Positions 9,325-19,139 are shown, counted from the first letter of the stretch. The stretch: DNA of 64,000 nt from an uncultured Defluviitaleaceae bacterium (GCA_964533945.1 CAZHPA010000001.1:59455-123454); one strand, 5' to 3'. Made by a program: numbers and translations. Notes: a model not told the origin generated them from the sequence alone.

Positions 9325-9353
9325 TACCCCTAAAGACTTTAACTTTAGGGGTA
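9325..9353. terminator. hairpin at the convergent junction (right arm overlaps the spmB 3' end)
   Basis: TACCCCTAAAG-actttaa-CTTTAGGGGTA, a perfect 11-bp stem. Confidence 0.5.
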
Positions 9354-9878
9354 GAAAACAAATTTTGTAATAAAAAGCGATGAAACAACTCCGGCAACGT
9401 TTGCAAGCAATGCACCTGTTAAGGTGTAACGTGTTTTAGTAATTTTAACGCTCATAAAATATACGCTCATTGTGTAAAAAACAGTTTCTGTGCTAGACAT
9501 CATAACAGAAACAAACCTTCCAAGAAAAGAATCGGGGCCATGATTTTTAAAAATATCTAAAAGCAAAGAGGTTGAAGCAGAAGACGAAACAAGGCGCATT
9601 AGCGTAAGCGGCATTGCTTCTGTTGGAAAGCCAAGCTTTTCGGTTATTGGCGCAATATATCTACTTAAAATATCAAGCGAACCAGAAGCACGTATAATTC
9701 CAACAGCAACCATAAGCCCTAAAAGCGTTGGTAAAATGTTCACAACTGTTGTTAAGCCTTCTTTTGCTCCCTCAATAAATGTTTCGTATAGGTCTAATTT
9801 TCTATAATATCCATACAATAAAATTACCGCAAACATAAGCGGTATAATCATATTTGAAAAAACAATTAACAGCCTCAT
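9345..9878 (-). CDS. spmB: spore maturation protein B (nucleoside-recognition Gate domain)
   Basis: 177-aa polytopic protein with a SpmB-like sequence, sitting directly downstream of spmA. Confidence 0.8.
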   Translation of the reverse strand: MRLLIVFSNMIIPLMFAVILLYGYYRKLDLYETFIEGAKEGLTTVVNILPTLLGLMVAVGIIRASGSLDILSRYIAPITEKLGFPTEAMPLTLMRLVSSSASTSLLLDIFKNHGPDSFLGRFVSVMMSSTETVFYTMSVYFMSVKITKTRYTLTGALLANVAGVVSSLFITKFVFYP

Positions 9879-9879
9879 T

Positions 9880-10461
9880 TTAAGTTTTTAAGCCTCCTTC
9901 AGCCATTTTTGCAAATAATACACCAACAATTGTAGAAACAACTGTTGCCAAAATGCCCGGACCAATTATTTCGGACGGGTTAATTGATTCGTATTGAGAA
10001 CGATATGCAATTATGTTCATTGAAACAAGCTGCAAAGAAGACATGTTAACTATCATAAACATGCACATAGAACGGCTTGCTCTTTCCTTTTCTTTGTTCA
10101 GCTTTTGCAGCTCTTCCATGGCTAAAAGTCCGGCAGGAGTTGCCGCCCAGCCAAGCCCTAAAATATTTGCAATTATGTTAGTTGAAATGTGGTTTAAAGC
10201 TTTGCTTCCTTTTGGTATTTCGGGAAATAAAAACATTAAAATAGGCATCATTTTTCTTGAAAGCATTTTAATTAAGCCCGATTTTTCGGCTATTTTCATT
10301 AACCCTGTCCACATAGATATAATACCAAGCATTGTAATTGCCAAAGTTACGGCATCTTTTGAAGATGTTATTGCTGCATTTGAAATATCTTGCATTTTTC
10401 CTGTAAATGCCGCAACAACTATTCCTAAAAGAACCATAAAGCCCCAAATATAGTTAAGCAT
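9880..10461 (-). CDS. spmA: spore maturation protein A
   Basis: MLNYIWGFMVLLGIVVAAFTG...ITSSKDAVTLAITMLGIISMWTGLMKIAEKSGL is a typical SpmA N-terminus. Confidence 0.8.
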   Translation of the reverse strand: MLNYIWGFMVLLGIVVAAFTGKMQDISNAAITSSKDAVTLAITMLGIISMWTGLMKIAEKSGLIKMLSRKMMPILMFLFPEIPKGSKALNHISTNIIANILGLGWAATPAGLLAMEELQKLNKEKERASRSMCMFMIVNMSSLQLVSMNIIAYRSQYESINPSEIIGPGILATVVSTIVGVLFAKMAEGGLKT

Positions 10462-10542
10462 TTAAAAACCCCTTTTTTCAAGATTACCTTAACAATTTAT
10501 ATGTTTAAATCATATATTTTATGAACAAGCGACTTTTATTAT

Positions 10543-10571
10543 TTGACAAGCAATGTAAAATATGTTATAAT
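10543..10571 (+). promoter_or_regulatory. consensus sigma-A promoter for the abrB-like gene
   Basis: TTGACA, 17 nt spacer, TATAAT. Confidence 0.6.
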
Positions 10572-10611
10572 TTGTTGAAATATGACAAAATTTGAAAGGA
10601 ATGTTAAAGCC

Positions 10612-10863
10612 ATGCGACCTTTTGGAGTAATTAGAAAAGTAGATGAATTAGGAAGAATTGTTTTGCCGTCGGGCTTGCGTAAAAAATTCGATATAAAAGA
10701 AGGAGATTCATTAGAAATTTTTACAGACGAAGATAAAATTATTTTAAAAAAGTATGAGCCGGGCGATATTTTTACAGGCGAAGTTGAAGACTTGATAGAA
10801 TATAAAGGAAAAAAAGTTTCTTTAAAAAGTATTAAAGAACTGGTAGAATTGGCAGGTTTATAA
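10612..10863 (+). CDS. abrB: AbrB/SpoVT-family transition-state regulator
   Basis: GVIRKVDELGRIVLPSGLRKKFDIKEGDSLEIF is a swapped-hairpin AbrB N-domain. The internal ATG is preferred over the ORF-track start at 10582. Confidence 0.8.
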   Translation: MRPFGVIRKVDELGRIVLPSGLRKKFDIKEGDSLEIFTDEDKIILKKYEPGDIFTGEVEDLIEYKGKKVSLKSIKELVELAGL

Positions 10864-10934
10864 GTATTTCCTCACGTTTTATTACGCACTGCATATATTG
10901 CAAATATGAGTAATAAAACAGGGGGTATAATTTA

Positions 10935-11927
10935 ATGTATGACTACAACGGAATTATGGCAGACATAGAGGAGCTTGTGTTTGATTTTCTTGTGTACAGA
11001 AAAACTAAAAGAGAAAGTTATGCGTGCAGTGCAAATAATAGCTTTAAGTCTGTTGCTAAATGTGCAAACCTTAACAATGTTAACGAATTTGGTGTAGACG
11101 AAAGCGGATTATTAATTACAGATATGTTTGAAGACGCAATGCTCCCAATGCCTATAATATCTATGGAAGAATTAGAAAATATGGATAATATGGGCGAAAA
11201 CGAAAATATTGAAGAAATGCCAAACAATCCGGCAGGCAATTATGAATATGAAAACGGCGGATATTTTGAAGACGACAACATGGGTTATAACGAAAATTAT
11301 GAAAATAATAACAGTTATGGCAACGGAAATAGCAACAACATGAACAACAACGCAAATAATAACAACATGGGCAACAATATGAATAATAACGCAAATAATA
11401 ACATGGGAAACAACATGAACAACAACGCAAATAATAATATGAACAATAACAACATGAACAACAACACAAATAATAACAACATGGGCAACAATATGAATAA
11501 TAACGCAAATAATAACATGGGAAACAACATGAACGAAGGTATTAACGGCAATTATGGTAATAATAATACAAATAATAATACAAACGGTAATACCCCTAAT
11601 AATAGCAATGAAAAAAACGAACAGCTTGAATATATTAAAATGATTTATGCGGAAATAAATAAAAAAATGTATCCAATAATTGAAGAAGTTTTACGTGAAT
11701 ATAATTTTAAAGATAGCCCCATTTTCGACAGTTATATTGATAAAGAAACTTTAGCACAAATAGTTGATAAAGTAATTGAGCGTGCGAAAATATCTATAGA
11801 AGACGTAAATAAACTAGAAGATAAAGACGAAGACCATGAAAAATGGGGGCTGTATCAAATGTTGCGTGCTATAGTAGAATCGCTTGTTATTTTTCAGCTT
11901 TATATATTAAGAAATGCAAAAATGTAG
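10935..11927 (+). CDS. hypothetical protein with ~110-aa Asn-rich low-complexity repeat core
   Basis: GGGGG RBS. Ordered N- and C-terminal regions flank N/M/G-rich repeats (NNANNNNMGNNMNNN...). No family recognised. Confidence 0.7.
   Translation: MYDYNGIMADIEELVFDFLVYRKTKRESYACSANNSFKSVAKCANLNNVNEFGVDESGLLITDMFEDAMLPMPIISMEELENMDNMGENENIEEMPNNPAGNYEYENGGYFEDDNMGYNENYENNNSYGNGNSNNMNNNANNNNMGNNMNNNANNNMGNNMNNNANNNMNNNNMNNNTNNNNMGNNMNNNANNNMGNNMNEGINGNYGNNNTNNNTNGNTPNNSNEKNEQLEYIKMIYAEINKKMYPIIEEVLREYNFKDSPIFDSYIDKETLAQIVDKVIERAKISIEDVNKLEDKDEDHEKWGLYQMLRAIVESLVIFQLYILRNAKM
11340..11534 (+). repeat. in-frame direct repeat inside the Asn-rich CDS
   Basis: The 81-nt segment at 11340-11420 recurs at 11454-11534 with 80/81 identity (offset 114 nt = 38 codons). 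Confidence 0.9.
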
Positions 11928-11940
11928 AGATTATAGTTAA

Positions 11941-11970
11941 AAGGGCAGCTTAAAGTTGTCCTTTTGTTTT
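11941..11970 (+). terminator. intrinsic terminator of the Asn-rich gene
   Basis: AAGGGCAGC-ttaaa-GTTGTCCTT (with G-U pairs) followed by TTGTTTT. Confidence 0.55.
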
Positions 11971-12083
11971 AACTTAATTTAATTTTATTTTAATAATTTC
12001 TAAACATTTGAATAATGTTTGTTTTAAAATTGATATTCCTATTCATTCTTTAGAAAAAAAGGCAAAAACCTTTCTTTCTTTAG

Positions 12084-12128
12084 AAAAAAGAAACAAAGAA
12101 GTGCGAGAGGGTTGCGATTCCCTCCCGC
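12084..12128 (-). terminator. intrinsic terminator of the FliL-like gene
   Basis: Minus strand reads GCGGGAGGG-aatcgcaa-CCCTCTCGC, then a T-rich tract. Confidence 0.55.
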
Positions 12129-12160
12129 CCCATAAATGCTTTTAAAAGCAAGGTTTAAGG

Positions 12161-12658
12161 TTATTTGGCGTTTTTAAAAAGCCCTTTAAACATATCGTTT
12201 CCGTTAACGCTTTCTTGCTCTTCCGGTGCTGCGTTGTATAATGATTCTCCGCCTGTTAATAAATCGTCTAAATATACGCCTTTAACTTTTTGCCCGCTTT
12301 CGTTGTTTGCAAGCCTGTTAAGAACCTCTTGCTTTAAATAAGCCACGCCGTTTGCATCAATTATTTTTTCATAATCAAGTTGTTCTAAAATAGAAGAAAT
12401 TTCAGAAGATATAGTTTTAGTATCAATTTTGGGTTTATCTTTTTCATCAACTTCAATTGCAAACTTTGCAATTACAGCGTGTTTTTTTCCGTCTGTAGAG
12501 CTTAAAACTGCTTTTGACGTGGGAGCTTTAACAAAGTTTGTTTTTATTATAGGTTCGCCAAAAATACTGGGAAACAAAAATGTTAAAGCAATTCCGCCTG
12601 CGCCAAGCAATAGAATAATTAAAAGAATTAATCTTGTGTTGCGTTTAGCAGTTTGCAT
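12161..12658 (-). CDS. single-pass membrane protein, FliL-like
   Basis: N-terminal TM followed by a pattern resembling FliL (AKFAIEVDEKDKPKID...ISSILEQL...GVAYLKQEVLNRLAN...VKGVYLDDLL). No flagellar genes are adjacent. Confidence 0.45.
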   Translation of the reverse strand: MQTAKRNTRLILLIILLLGAGGIALTFLFPSIFGEPIIKTNFVKAPTSKAVLSSTDGKKHAVIAKFAIEVDEKDKPKIDTKTISSEISSILEQLDYEKIIDANGVAYLKQEVLNRLANNESGQKVKGVYLDDLLTGGESLYNAAPEEQESVNGNDMFKGLFKNAK

Positions 12659-12741
12659 AAAATTCGCCCCTTTTTTTGATTATATACTATATTTACTTAT
12701 TATTGCCTTTAAGTGGTATAAAAATAACATCTGCTTTTATT

Positions 12742-13998
12742 TTATATAAAAATTCTAACTTTTTCAACTCTGTTTTTAAAAATATCTTCAATAATAAATT
12801 TAATGCCATTTGATATAATAATTTCGCCTTTTTTTGGAACACGCCCAACAACGCCCATAACATATCCGCCTATAGAATCGAAATCTTCAGATTCAATTTT
12901 TGTTCCTATAATGTCATTAACATCATTAATTTTTGCATCTCCTCTTGCAATATATTCGTTTTCTTTAATAAATTCAACAGCTTCAACAAAATCATCATAT
13001 TCATCTGAAATATCGCCAACTATTTCTTCTATTAAATCTTCAAGTGTAACAATTCCTGAAGTTCCGCCGTATTCATCAAGTATAACGGCAAAAGCAATTG
13101 ATTTTTGGCGCATTGTTGAAAAAAGTTCTCGTGTTGGTTTAGATTCATAAGTAAAAAAAGGCTCACGCATATATTTGTTTATGTTAAAAGTTTGTTTTGT
13201 TTCTTTGGTAAATGCAATGTCTTTTAAATGTAAAATACCAATTATGTTATCTAAATTATCTTCATAAACGGGCAACCTTGAAAATTGTTCTGTTTCAAAA
13301 ACTTCAACAACTTCGCTTAGTGTTGCGTTATGAGGCACAGCTACAATGTTTGTTCTTGGTGTTAAAACATCTTTTGCTGTAAAGTCGTCAAAATCAAATA
13401 CATTGTTTATCATTATTTTTTCGTCTACCTTTAAAATTCCTTCTTCTTCGCCAACGTTTAAAAGCGTTTTAATTTCGGCTTCTGTTATTAAAGGGGTATT
13501 TTTTCCTTCTCCCCCTAAAAGCTTAATTATAAAACCTGTTACAACACCTAAAATTAAAACAATAGGAGATAATAAAAAAATACAAACGCTAATTGGATTA
13601 GCAAGCTTTAAAGAAAGTTTTTCAGGGTTTTGTGATGCAAATGTTTTAGGGGTTATTTCACAAAAAATTAAAATAATAAGCGTTAAACAAACCGTCATAA
13701 TGCTTAAAGCTTTGCTGTTGTTTCCAAAAAACTGCATTGCAATTGAAGCTGAAAGCGTTGAAGCGCAAATGTTAACTAAATTATTACCAATTAAAATAGA
13801 ACTCAGCAATTTTTTAGGATTGTCTATTACTTCTTGCGTCTTTTTAGCCTTTTTAATTCCTTCTTCAGCCATTTGGCGTAGCTTAAGTTTGCTTACGCTT
13901 GTTAGCGCTGTTTCAGACATTGAAAAAAACGACGACATGCAAAGTAAAATAAACAAGCCGATAAACTGCGGAAGACTATCCACAAAATCACTCTCCAT
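12742..13998 (-). CDS. HlyC/CorC-family transporter (CNNM/DUF21 TM domain + CBS pair + CorC_HlyC)
   Basis: 418 aa. N-terminal DUF21-type TM region, a central CBS pair, and C-terminal ...GGYVMGVVGRVPKKGE... Confidence 0.85.
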   Translation of the reverse strand: MESDFVDSLPQFIGLFILLCMSSFFSMSETALTSVSKLKLRQMAEEGIKKAKKTQEVIDNPKKLLSSILIGNNLVNICASTLSASIAMQFFGNNSKALSIMTVCLTLIILIFCEITPKTFASQNPEKLSLKLANPISVCIFLLSPIVLILGVVTGFIIKLLGGEGKNTPLITEAEIKTLLNVGEEEGILKVDEKIMINNVFDFDDFTAKDVLTPRTNIVAVPHNATLSEVVEVFETEQFSRLPVYEDNLDNIIGILHLKDIAFTKETKQTFNINKYMREPFFTYESKPTRELFSTMRQKSIAFAVILDEYGGTSGIVTLEDLIEEIVGDISDEYDDFVEAVEFIKENEYIARGDAKINDVNDIIGTKIESEDFDSIGGYVMGVVGRVPKKGEIIISNGIKFIIEDIFKNRVEKVRIFI

Positions 13999-14170
13999 TA
14001 ATTTTTTATTAACTTATGTTAAACTACATAGTATTTATATGTTTTAGTGTAACTTATGATACAAATGTTATGTTTTTGCAGCTTTAAGCAATTTATGTAT
14101 TGTTCCGTTTAGTTTGTAATTTTATTATATTGCTAAATCCAACTAAAATCAAGGAGTATTTTTGATTAGG

Positions 14171-14199
14171 TTGACAAATAAAAAAGCAAAGTCTATAAT
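14171..14199 (+). promoter_or_regulatory. consensus sigma-A promoter of the citrate synthase-acn-icd operon
   Basis: TTGACA, 17 nt spacer, TATAAT. Confidence 0.65.
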
Positions 14200-14243
14200 A
14201 ACATTTACGAAAAACATTAAAAAAGAAGGGGTGAAGTAATATT

Positions 14244-15611
14244 ATGGTAGAATTTAACCAAAGAACAAATACACTAGAAGAAGCAAACTATCAATACACT
14301 TTACAAGATGTTCCAGAACCTAACCTTTATCGTGACATTTTTAGCTATGAAAAAATACCCATATGCGCATTTAATCATACTCGTGTTCCGTTTTCTGCCC
14401 CAAATGAAATTTGGATAACAGACACAACATTTCGTGATGGCCAACAATCAAGAGAACCATATACAGTTGAACAAATTGTAACTCTATTTGATTTTTTACA
14501 TAGATTAGGTGGAAAAAAGGGTAAAATAAGGCAATCGGAATTTTTTATATATAGCGAACGTGACCGTGAAGCCGTTTACAAGTGCCAAGAAAGAGGGTAC
14601 GAATTTCCCGAAATAACCGGCTGGATTAGAGCAACTAAAGAAGATTTTGAAATGGCAAAAATGATGGGTTTTAAAGAATGCGGAATTTTAGTTAGCTGTT
14701 CCGACTACCATATTTTTAAAAAGCTTAAAAAAACAAGGAAAAAAGCTATGGAGGACTATTTGGCAATAATTAAAGATGCCCTTGATATGGGAATTAGACC
14801 TCGCTGCCATTTTGAAGATATAACAAGAGCAGATTTTTACGGCTTTGTTGTTCCTTTTGCAACAGCATTGCGCAAGCTTATGGATGAAAGTAAAATACCA
14901 ATTAAAATTCGGGCTTGCGATACTTTAGGTTATGGGCTTTCATACCCCGGTGTTGCGCTTCCTCGTTCTGTTCCCGGCATAATTTACGGTCTTCATCACC
15001 ATGCAGGGTTTGATAGCGAATTGCTTGAATGGCATGGTCACAACGACTTTTATAAAGCCGTTGACAATTCAACCGTTGCATGGCTTTACGGTGCTTCTGG
15101 CGTTAATTGCTCGCTTTTGGGAATTGGAGAAAGAACAGGAAATACGCCGCTTGAAGCTATGGTTATTGAATATGCCCAAATTAGAGGAACTCTTGACGGC
15201 ATGGATACAACGGCAATTAAAGATATTGCAGATTACTACAAAACCGAAATTAAATACGAAATACCCCCCAGAACGCCTTATGTTGGCGAATGCTTTAACA
15301 TAACTCAAGCTGGAATTCACGCAGATGGTCTTCTTAAAAACGAAGAAATATATAATATTTTTGATACAGTCAAATTTTTAAACTCTCCTGTTGGTGTTGC
15401 AATTAATCAAAAGTCGGGGCTTGCCGGTATTGCGCATTGGCTTAATAGAGTTACAGAAAGCGAAAACCAGATAGACAAAAAACACCCACTAGTTGTTAAA
15501 TTAAAAGAGTGGGTTGATAAACAATACGAAAACGGAAGGGTAACAGCTCTTAGTGATGCTGAAATTAAAGCTGAATTAAACAGAATTGAACCTCGTTTTT
15601 TAGACAAATAA
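14244..15611 (+). CDS. Re-citrate synthase candidate (homocitrate/isopropylmalate synthase family)
   Basis: HMGL-like TIM-barrel motif WITDTTFRDGQQS and ...HGHNDF..., 455 aa. Immediately followed by aconitase and IDH, as in the Clostridium kluyveri-type Re-citrate synthase. Confidence 0.75.
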   Translation: MVEFNQRTNTLEEANYQYTLQDVPEPNLYRDIFSYEKIPICAFNHTRVPFSAPNEIWITDTTFRDGQQSREPYTVEQIVTLFDFLHRLGGKKGKIRQSEFFIYSERDREAVYKCQERGYEFPEITGWIRATKEDFEMAKMMGFKECGILVSCSDYHIFKKLKKTRKKAMEDYLAIIKDALDMGIRPRCHFEDITRADFYGFVVPFATALRKLMDESKIPIKIRACDTLGYGLSYPGVALPRSVPGIIYGLHHHAGFDSELLEWHGHNDFYKAVDNSTVAWLYGASGVNCSLLGIGERTGNTPLEAMVIEYAQIRGTLDGMDTTAIKDIADYYKTEIKYEIPPRTPYVGECFNITQAGIHADGLLKNEEIYNIFDTVKFLNSPVGVAINQKSGLAGIAHWLNRVTESENQIDKKHPLVVKLKEWVDKQYENGRVTALSDAEIKAELNRIEPRFLDK

Positions 15612-15658
15612 CATCTAATATGTAAAACATCTAAATAGGAGATATTTTTGGAGGACTT

Positions 15659-17578
15659 ATGAACTTAGTACAAAAAATTATTAGCTCTCATTTATTAAAA
15701 GGCAACGCTGAAAATGGAAGCGAAATATGCATTAAAATAGACCAAACATTAACTCAAGATTCAACAGGCACAATGACATATTTGCAGCTTGAAGCAATGA
15801 ATATTGATAAAGTTAAAACTAAAAAATCCGTTGCATATATAGACCACAACACACTTCAATCGGGCTTTGAAAATGCAGATGACCATAAATATATACAAAC
15901 AGTTGCCGCTAAACATGGCGTATATTTTTCAAAACCCGGCAACGGTATATGCCATCAAGTTCATTTAGAACGCTTTGGAAAACCCGGCGAAACACTTTTG
16001 GGCTCAGATAGCCATACGCCAACGTGCGGCGGACTTTGCATGCTTGCAATTGGTGCAGGCGGGCTTGATGTTGCTATAGCTATGGCAACCGGCGAATACT
16101 ATTTAACTATGCCAAAAGTTGTAAAAGTTAATTTAACTGGCAAGCTAAATAAAAACGTTGCGGCAAAAGACATTATTTTAGAAGTTTTAAGAAAATTAAC
16201 CGTTAAAGGCGGCGTTTCAAAAATTATTGAATACGGGGGAGAAGGCGTTAAAACTTTAACAGTTCCGGAACGTGCAACTATAACTAATATGGGGGCAGAA
16301 TTAGGCGCAACAACTTCTGTTTTTCCAAGCGACGAGCAAACGAAGATTTTTTTAGAAGCACAATGCAGAGAAACCGACTATATAGAACTTCAAGCAGATA
16401 GCGATGCTACATATGATGACGAAATAACTATTAATTTGTGCGAATTAACACCGCTTGTTGCTTGCCCTCACAGCCCTGATAACGTTTCAAAAGTTTCAGA
16501 GCTTAAAGGAATGAAAGTTGACCAAGTTGCAATTGGAAGTTGCACAAATTCTTCCTTTGCCGATTTAATGACTGTTGCCCAAATTTTAAAAGGGAAGAAT
16601 ATTAATGAGAACGTAAGCCTTGTTATAGCGCCCGGTTCAAAGCAAGTTCTTTCAATGCTTGCCAAAAATGGTGCATTAGCAAGCATGGTTGATGCCGGAG
16701 CAAGAATTTTAGAAAGCGCTTGCGGCCCTTGCATTGGAATGGGGCAAGCGCCGGCAACAGATGCTGTTTCTTTAAGAACTTTTAACCGTAATTTTTATGG
16801 AAGAAGTGGAACAACATCTGCAAAAATATATATTGTTAGCCCAGAAGTTGCGGCGTTTAGCGCAATTAGCGGCGTTTTGGAAGACCCAACAGAGTTTGAA
16901 AGCGCTAAATTTGAAGATTTGCCTAAACGTTATGATATTAACGATAACTTAATAATAGCGCCTCCCGAAAACAATTTAAACGTTGAAGTTGTTAGAGGTC
17001 CTAATATTAAACCTTTCCCTGTTAATGAAAAATTGCAAAATTGCATAGAAGCTTCAGCTTTAATTAAGCTAGGCGACGACATAACAACAGACCACATTAT
17101 GCCTTCTAATGCAAAGCTTTTGCCTTATCGTTCAAATGTTCCTTATCTTGCCAACTTTTGCTTAACTCCTTGCGACGAACAATTCCCACAAAGAGCAAGA
17201 GAGCAAGGCGGCGGAATAATTGTTGCAGGTAATAATTATGGTCAAGGTTCAAGCCGTGAACATGCGGCATTAGCGCCTGTTGAACTTAAAATTAAAGCTG
17301 TTTTAACTAAGTCTTTTGCAAGAATACATGAAGCAAACTTAATTAATAATGGCATACTTCCTCTTGTTTTTGTTAATGCTGAAGATTACAACAAAATTAA
17401 TCAAGGTGATAAACTAACACTTGAAAATATATATGAAGGTTTGAAAAATGACGGGATTTTAACACTTAAAGTTGGGGAAAATGAAATTAAAGTTAAAGCT
17501 AATTTATCAGAAAGACAAAAAGAAATTATACTATCGGGCGGAAGACTTAACGAACTAAGGGAGAGAGCAGCGCAATGA
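15659..17578 (+). CDS. acn: aconitate hydratase
   Basis: 639 aa. Fe-S ligand motifs (GSDSHTPTCGG, IGSCTNSS, CGPCIGMGQ) and a swivel domain (GNNYGQGSSREHAA). Confidence 0.9.
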   Translation: MNLVQKIISSHLLKGNAENGSEICIKIDQTLTQDSTGTMTYLQLEAMNIDKVKTKKSVAYIDHNTLQSGFENADDHKYIQTVAAKHGVYFSKPGNGICHQVHLERFGKPGETLLGSDSHTPTCGGLCMLAIGAGGLDVAIAMATGEYYLTMPKVVKVNLTGKLNKNVAAKDIILEVLRKLTVKGGVSKIIEYGGEGVKTLTVPERATITNMGAELGATTSVFPSDEQTKIFLEAQCRETDYIELQADSDATYDDEITINLCELTPLVACPHSPDNVSKVSELKGMKVDQVAIGSCTNSSFADLMTVAQILKGKNINENVSLVIAPGSKQVLSMLAKNGALASMVDAGARILESACGPCIGMGQAPATDAVSLRTFNRNFYGRSGTTSAKIYIVSPEVAAFSAISGVLEDPTEFESAKFEDLPKRYDINDNLIIAPPENNLNVEVVRGPNIKPFPVNEKLQNCIEASALIKLGDDITTDHIMPSNAKLLPYRSNVPYLANFCLTPCDEQFPQRAREQGGGIIVAGNNYGQGSSREHAALAPVELKIKAVLTKSFARIHEANLINNGILPLVFVNAEDYNKINQGDKLTLENIYEGLKNDGILTLKVGENEIKVKANLSERQKEIILSGGRLNELRERAAQ

Positions 17579-18570
17579 AAATAACTTTAATACCCGGCGA
17601 CGGAATAGGCAAAGAGGTTACGTTTGCAGCAAAAGACGTTATAGAAGCGGCAGGTGTTAAAATTGATTGGGATGTTCAAGAAGCAGGAGCAGAACAAATA
17701 GAAAAATATGGAACTCCACTTCCTCAGCCTGTTATAGATTCTATACGCAAAAACAAAATAGCTTTAAAAGGTCCAATTGGAACACCAATTGGAACAGGTT
17801 TTAGAAGTGTTAATGTTACGCTTAGAAAAGAATTTGATTTATTTGCAAACGTTCGCCCAGCAAAAACATATGAAGGCGTTGTTTCTCGCTATGATAATGT
17901 TGACCTAATTATAATTAGAGAAAACACAGAAGATTTATATGCAGGTGTTGAACATATGGTTGGGGAAGATGCAGCAGAAAGTATTAAAATTTTCACACGC
18001 AAAGGCTGCGAAAGAATTGTGCGCTTTGCTTTTGAATATGCAAAAGATAATGCAAGAAAAAAAGTTACAGCTGTTCATAAAGCCAATATTATGAAATGCA
18101 CAGACGGAATGTTTTTAAATGTTGCAAGAGAAGTTGCCAAAGACTATAGCAACATTGTATTTGAAGAAATGATTGTTGATGCTATGTGCATGAAGCTTGT
18201 TCAAGCACCTGAAAAATATGACGTTTTAGTGCTTCCCAATTTATACGGCGATATAGTTTCAGACCTTTGCGCCGGACTTGTTGGAGGGCTTGGTGTTGCC
18301 CCCGGAGCAAATATAGGCAAAGACTGTGCAATATTTGAACCAATACACGGAAACGCCCCCGATATTGCAGGCAAAGGCATTGCAAATCCAACGGCTATTT
18401 TATTATCTTCTGTTTTAATGCTTAATTATATTGGCGAAAAAGAAGCAGCGTCAAAAATTCACCGTGCTGTTACAGAAGTTATTTCAAGTGGCGAATGCAA
18501 AACATTTGACTTAGACGGAAATGCAACAACTACTGAATTTACAAACAAAGTTATAGAAAAGCTTTCATAA
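17575..18570 (+). CDS. icd: isocitrate dehydrogenase (NAD(P)-dependent, isocitrate/isopropylmalate DH family)
   Basis: 331-aa beta-decarboxylating dehydrogenase (NLYGDIVSDLCAGLVGGLG). ATGA overlap with acn. Confidence 0.8.
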   Translation: MKITLIPGDGIGKEVTFAAKDVIEAAGVKIDWDVQEAGAEQIEKYGTPLPQPVIDSIRKNKIALKGPIGTPIGTGFRSVNVTLRKEFDLFANVRPAKTYEGVVSRYDNVDLIIIRENTEDLYAGVEHMVGEDAAESIKIFTRKGCERIVRFAFEYAKDNARKKVTAVHKANIMKCTDGMFLNVAREVAKDYSNIVFEEMIVDAMCMKLVQAPEKYDVLVLPNLYGDIVSDLCAGLVGGLGVAPGANIGKDCAIFEPIHGNAPDIAGKGIANPTAILLSSVLMLNYIGEKEAASKIHRAVTEVISSGECKTFDLDGNATTTEFTNKVIEKLS

Positions 18571-18592
18571 TAGATAAGAAAGGCGATTTTAT

Positions 18593-19105
18593 ATGAAGCT
18601 AGACTTAAAAAGTATGACTATTGGTATTTTAATTGGAAGTTTAGGCATTACAACTGCATTTGCAGCAAGCGGTATAAAATCTGCTTCATATAGCAAAGCT
18701 AAAGTATTTTTTTATGACAAACAAGTTCCTCTTAGCGATTCTTTGGTTTCGATAATTAAAGACGGAGAAACGAACGCCAAACTTTATATGCCCGTTAGAG
18801 AACTGCTTGAATATATGCAATTTAATGTTAATTATGATAGTTCAGACGGAAATATTTATTTAACTATGAACGGCAACAACGGGCAAAACAATAACCCTCA
18901 AAGCACTACTGTTCCTTCAGATATTTCTGTTGATGAAGCTGACAAAACAGCGCTTGATATAATGCAAAGAACAGGCAATTGGGCATATATTGAAAAATAT
19001 CTTCCGCATATGTCGAATGAAGGTATAGAAACTGTTGTTAGGTTGTATAATTCAAAACACCAAAACCCAAACGAACATAAAAAAGCTTCAAACTATACAC
19101 ATTAG
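18593..19105 (+). CDS. secreted hypothetical protein, possible copper-amine-oxidase N-terminal-like (stalk) domain
   Basis: Signal peptide ...ITTAFAASG. The segment YMPVRELLEYMQFNVNYDSSDGNIYL resembles that domain. Confidence 0.5.
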   Translation: MKLDLKSMTIGILIGSLGITTAFAASGIKSASYSKAKVFFYDKQVPLSDSLVSIIKDGETNAKLYMPVRELLEYMQFNVNYDSSDGNIYLTMNGNNGQNNNPQSTTVPSDISVDEADKTALDIMQRTGNWAYIEKYLPHMSNEGIETVVRLYNSKHQNPNEHKKASNYTH

Positions 19106-19110
19106 TTAAA

Positions 19111-19139
19111 AAAGGTCTTTCTAAGCGGAAGACCTTTTT
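19111..19139 (+). terminator. intrinsic terminator
   Basis: AAAGGTCTT-tctaagcgg-AAGACCTTT followed by T's. Confidence 0.7.

Noticed and set aside
11340-11534. Possible CRISPR-like or satellite repeat
   Set aside because: The repeats are in-frame within a CDS, there are only two long copies, and there is no spacer structure.
11161-11551. Minus-strand ORFs 11161-11508 and 11315-11551 (Cys/Tyr-rich and Leu/Phe-rich)
   Set aside because: They are shadow frames of the AAC/AAT/ATG-rich repeat in the plus-strand Asn-rich CDS, with low-complexity translations and no RBS.
13346-14047. 233-aa plus-strand ORF, along with similar antisense ORFs such as 20321-20746, 25917-26330, 36434-36811 and 59121-59642
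   Set aside because: They lie entirely within well-supported genes on the opposite strand. Their composition is biased (S/I/K/F-rich) and they have no RBS, so they are shadow ORFs.
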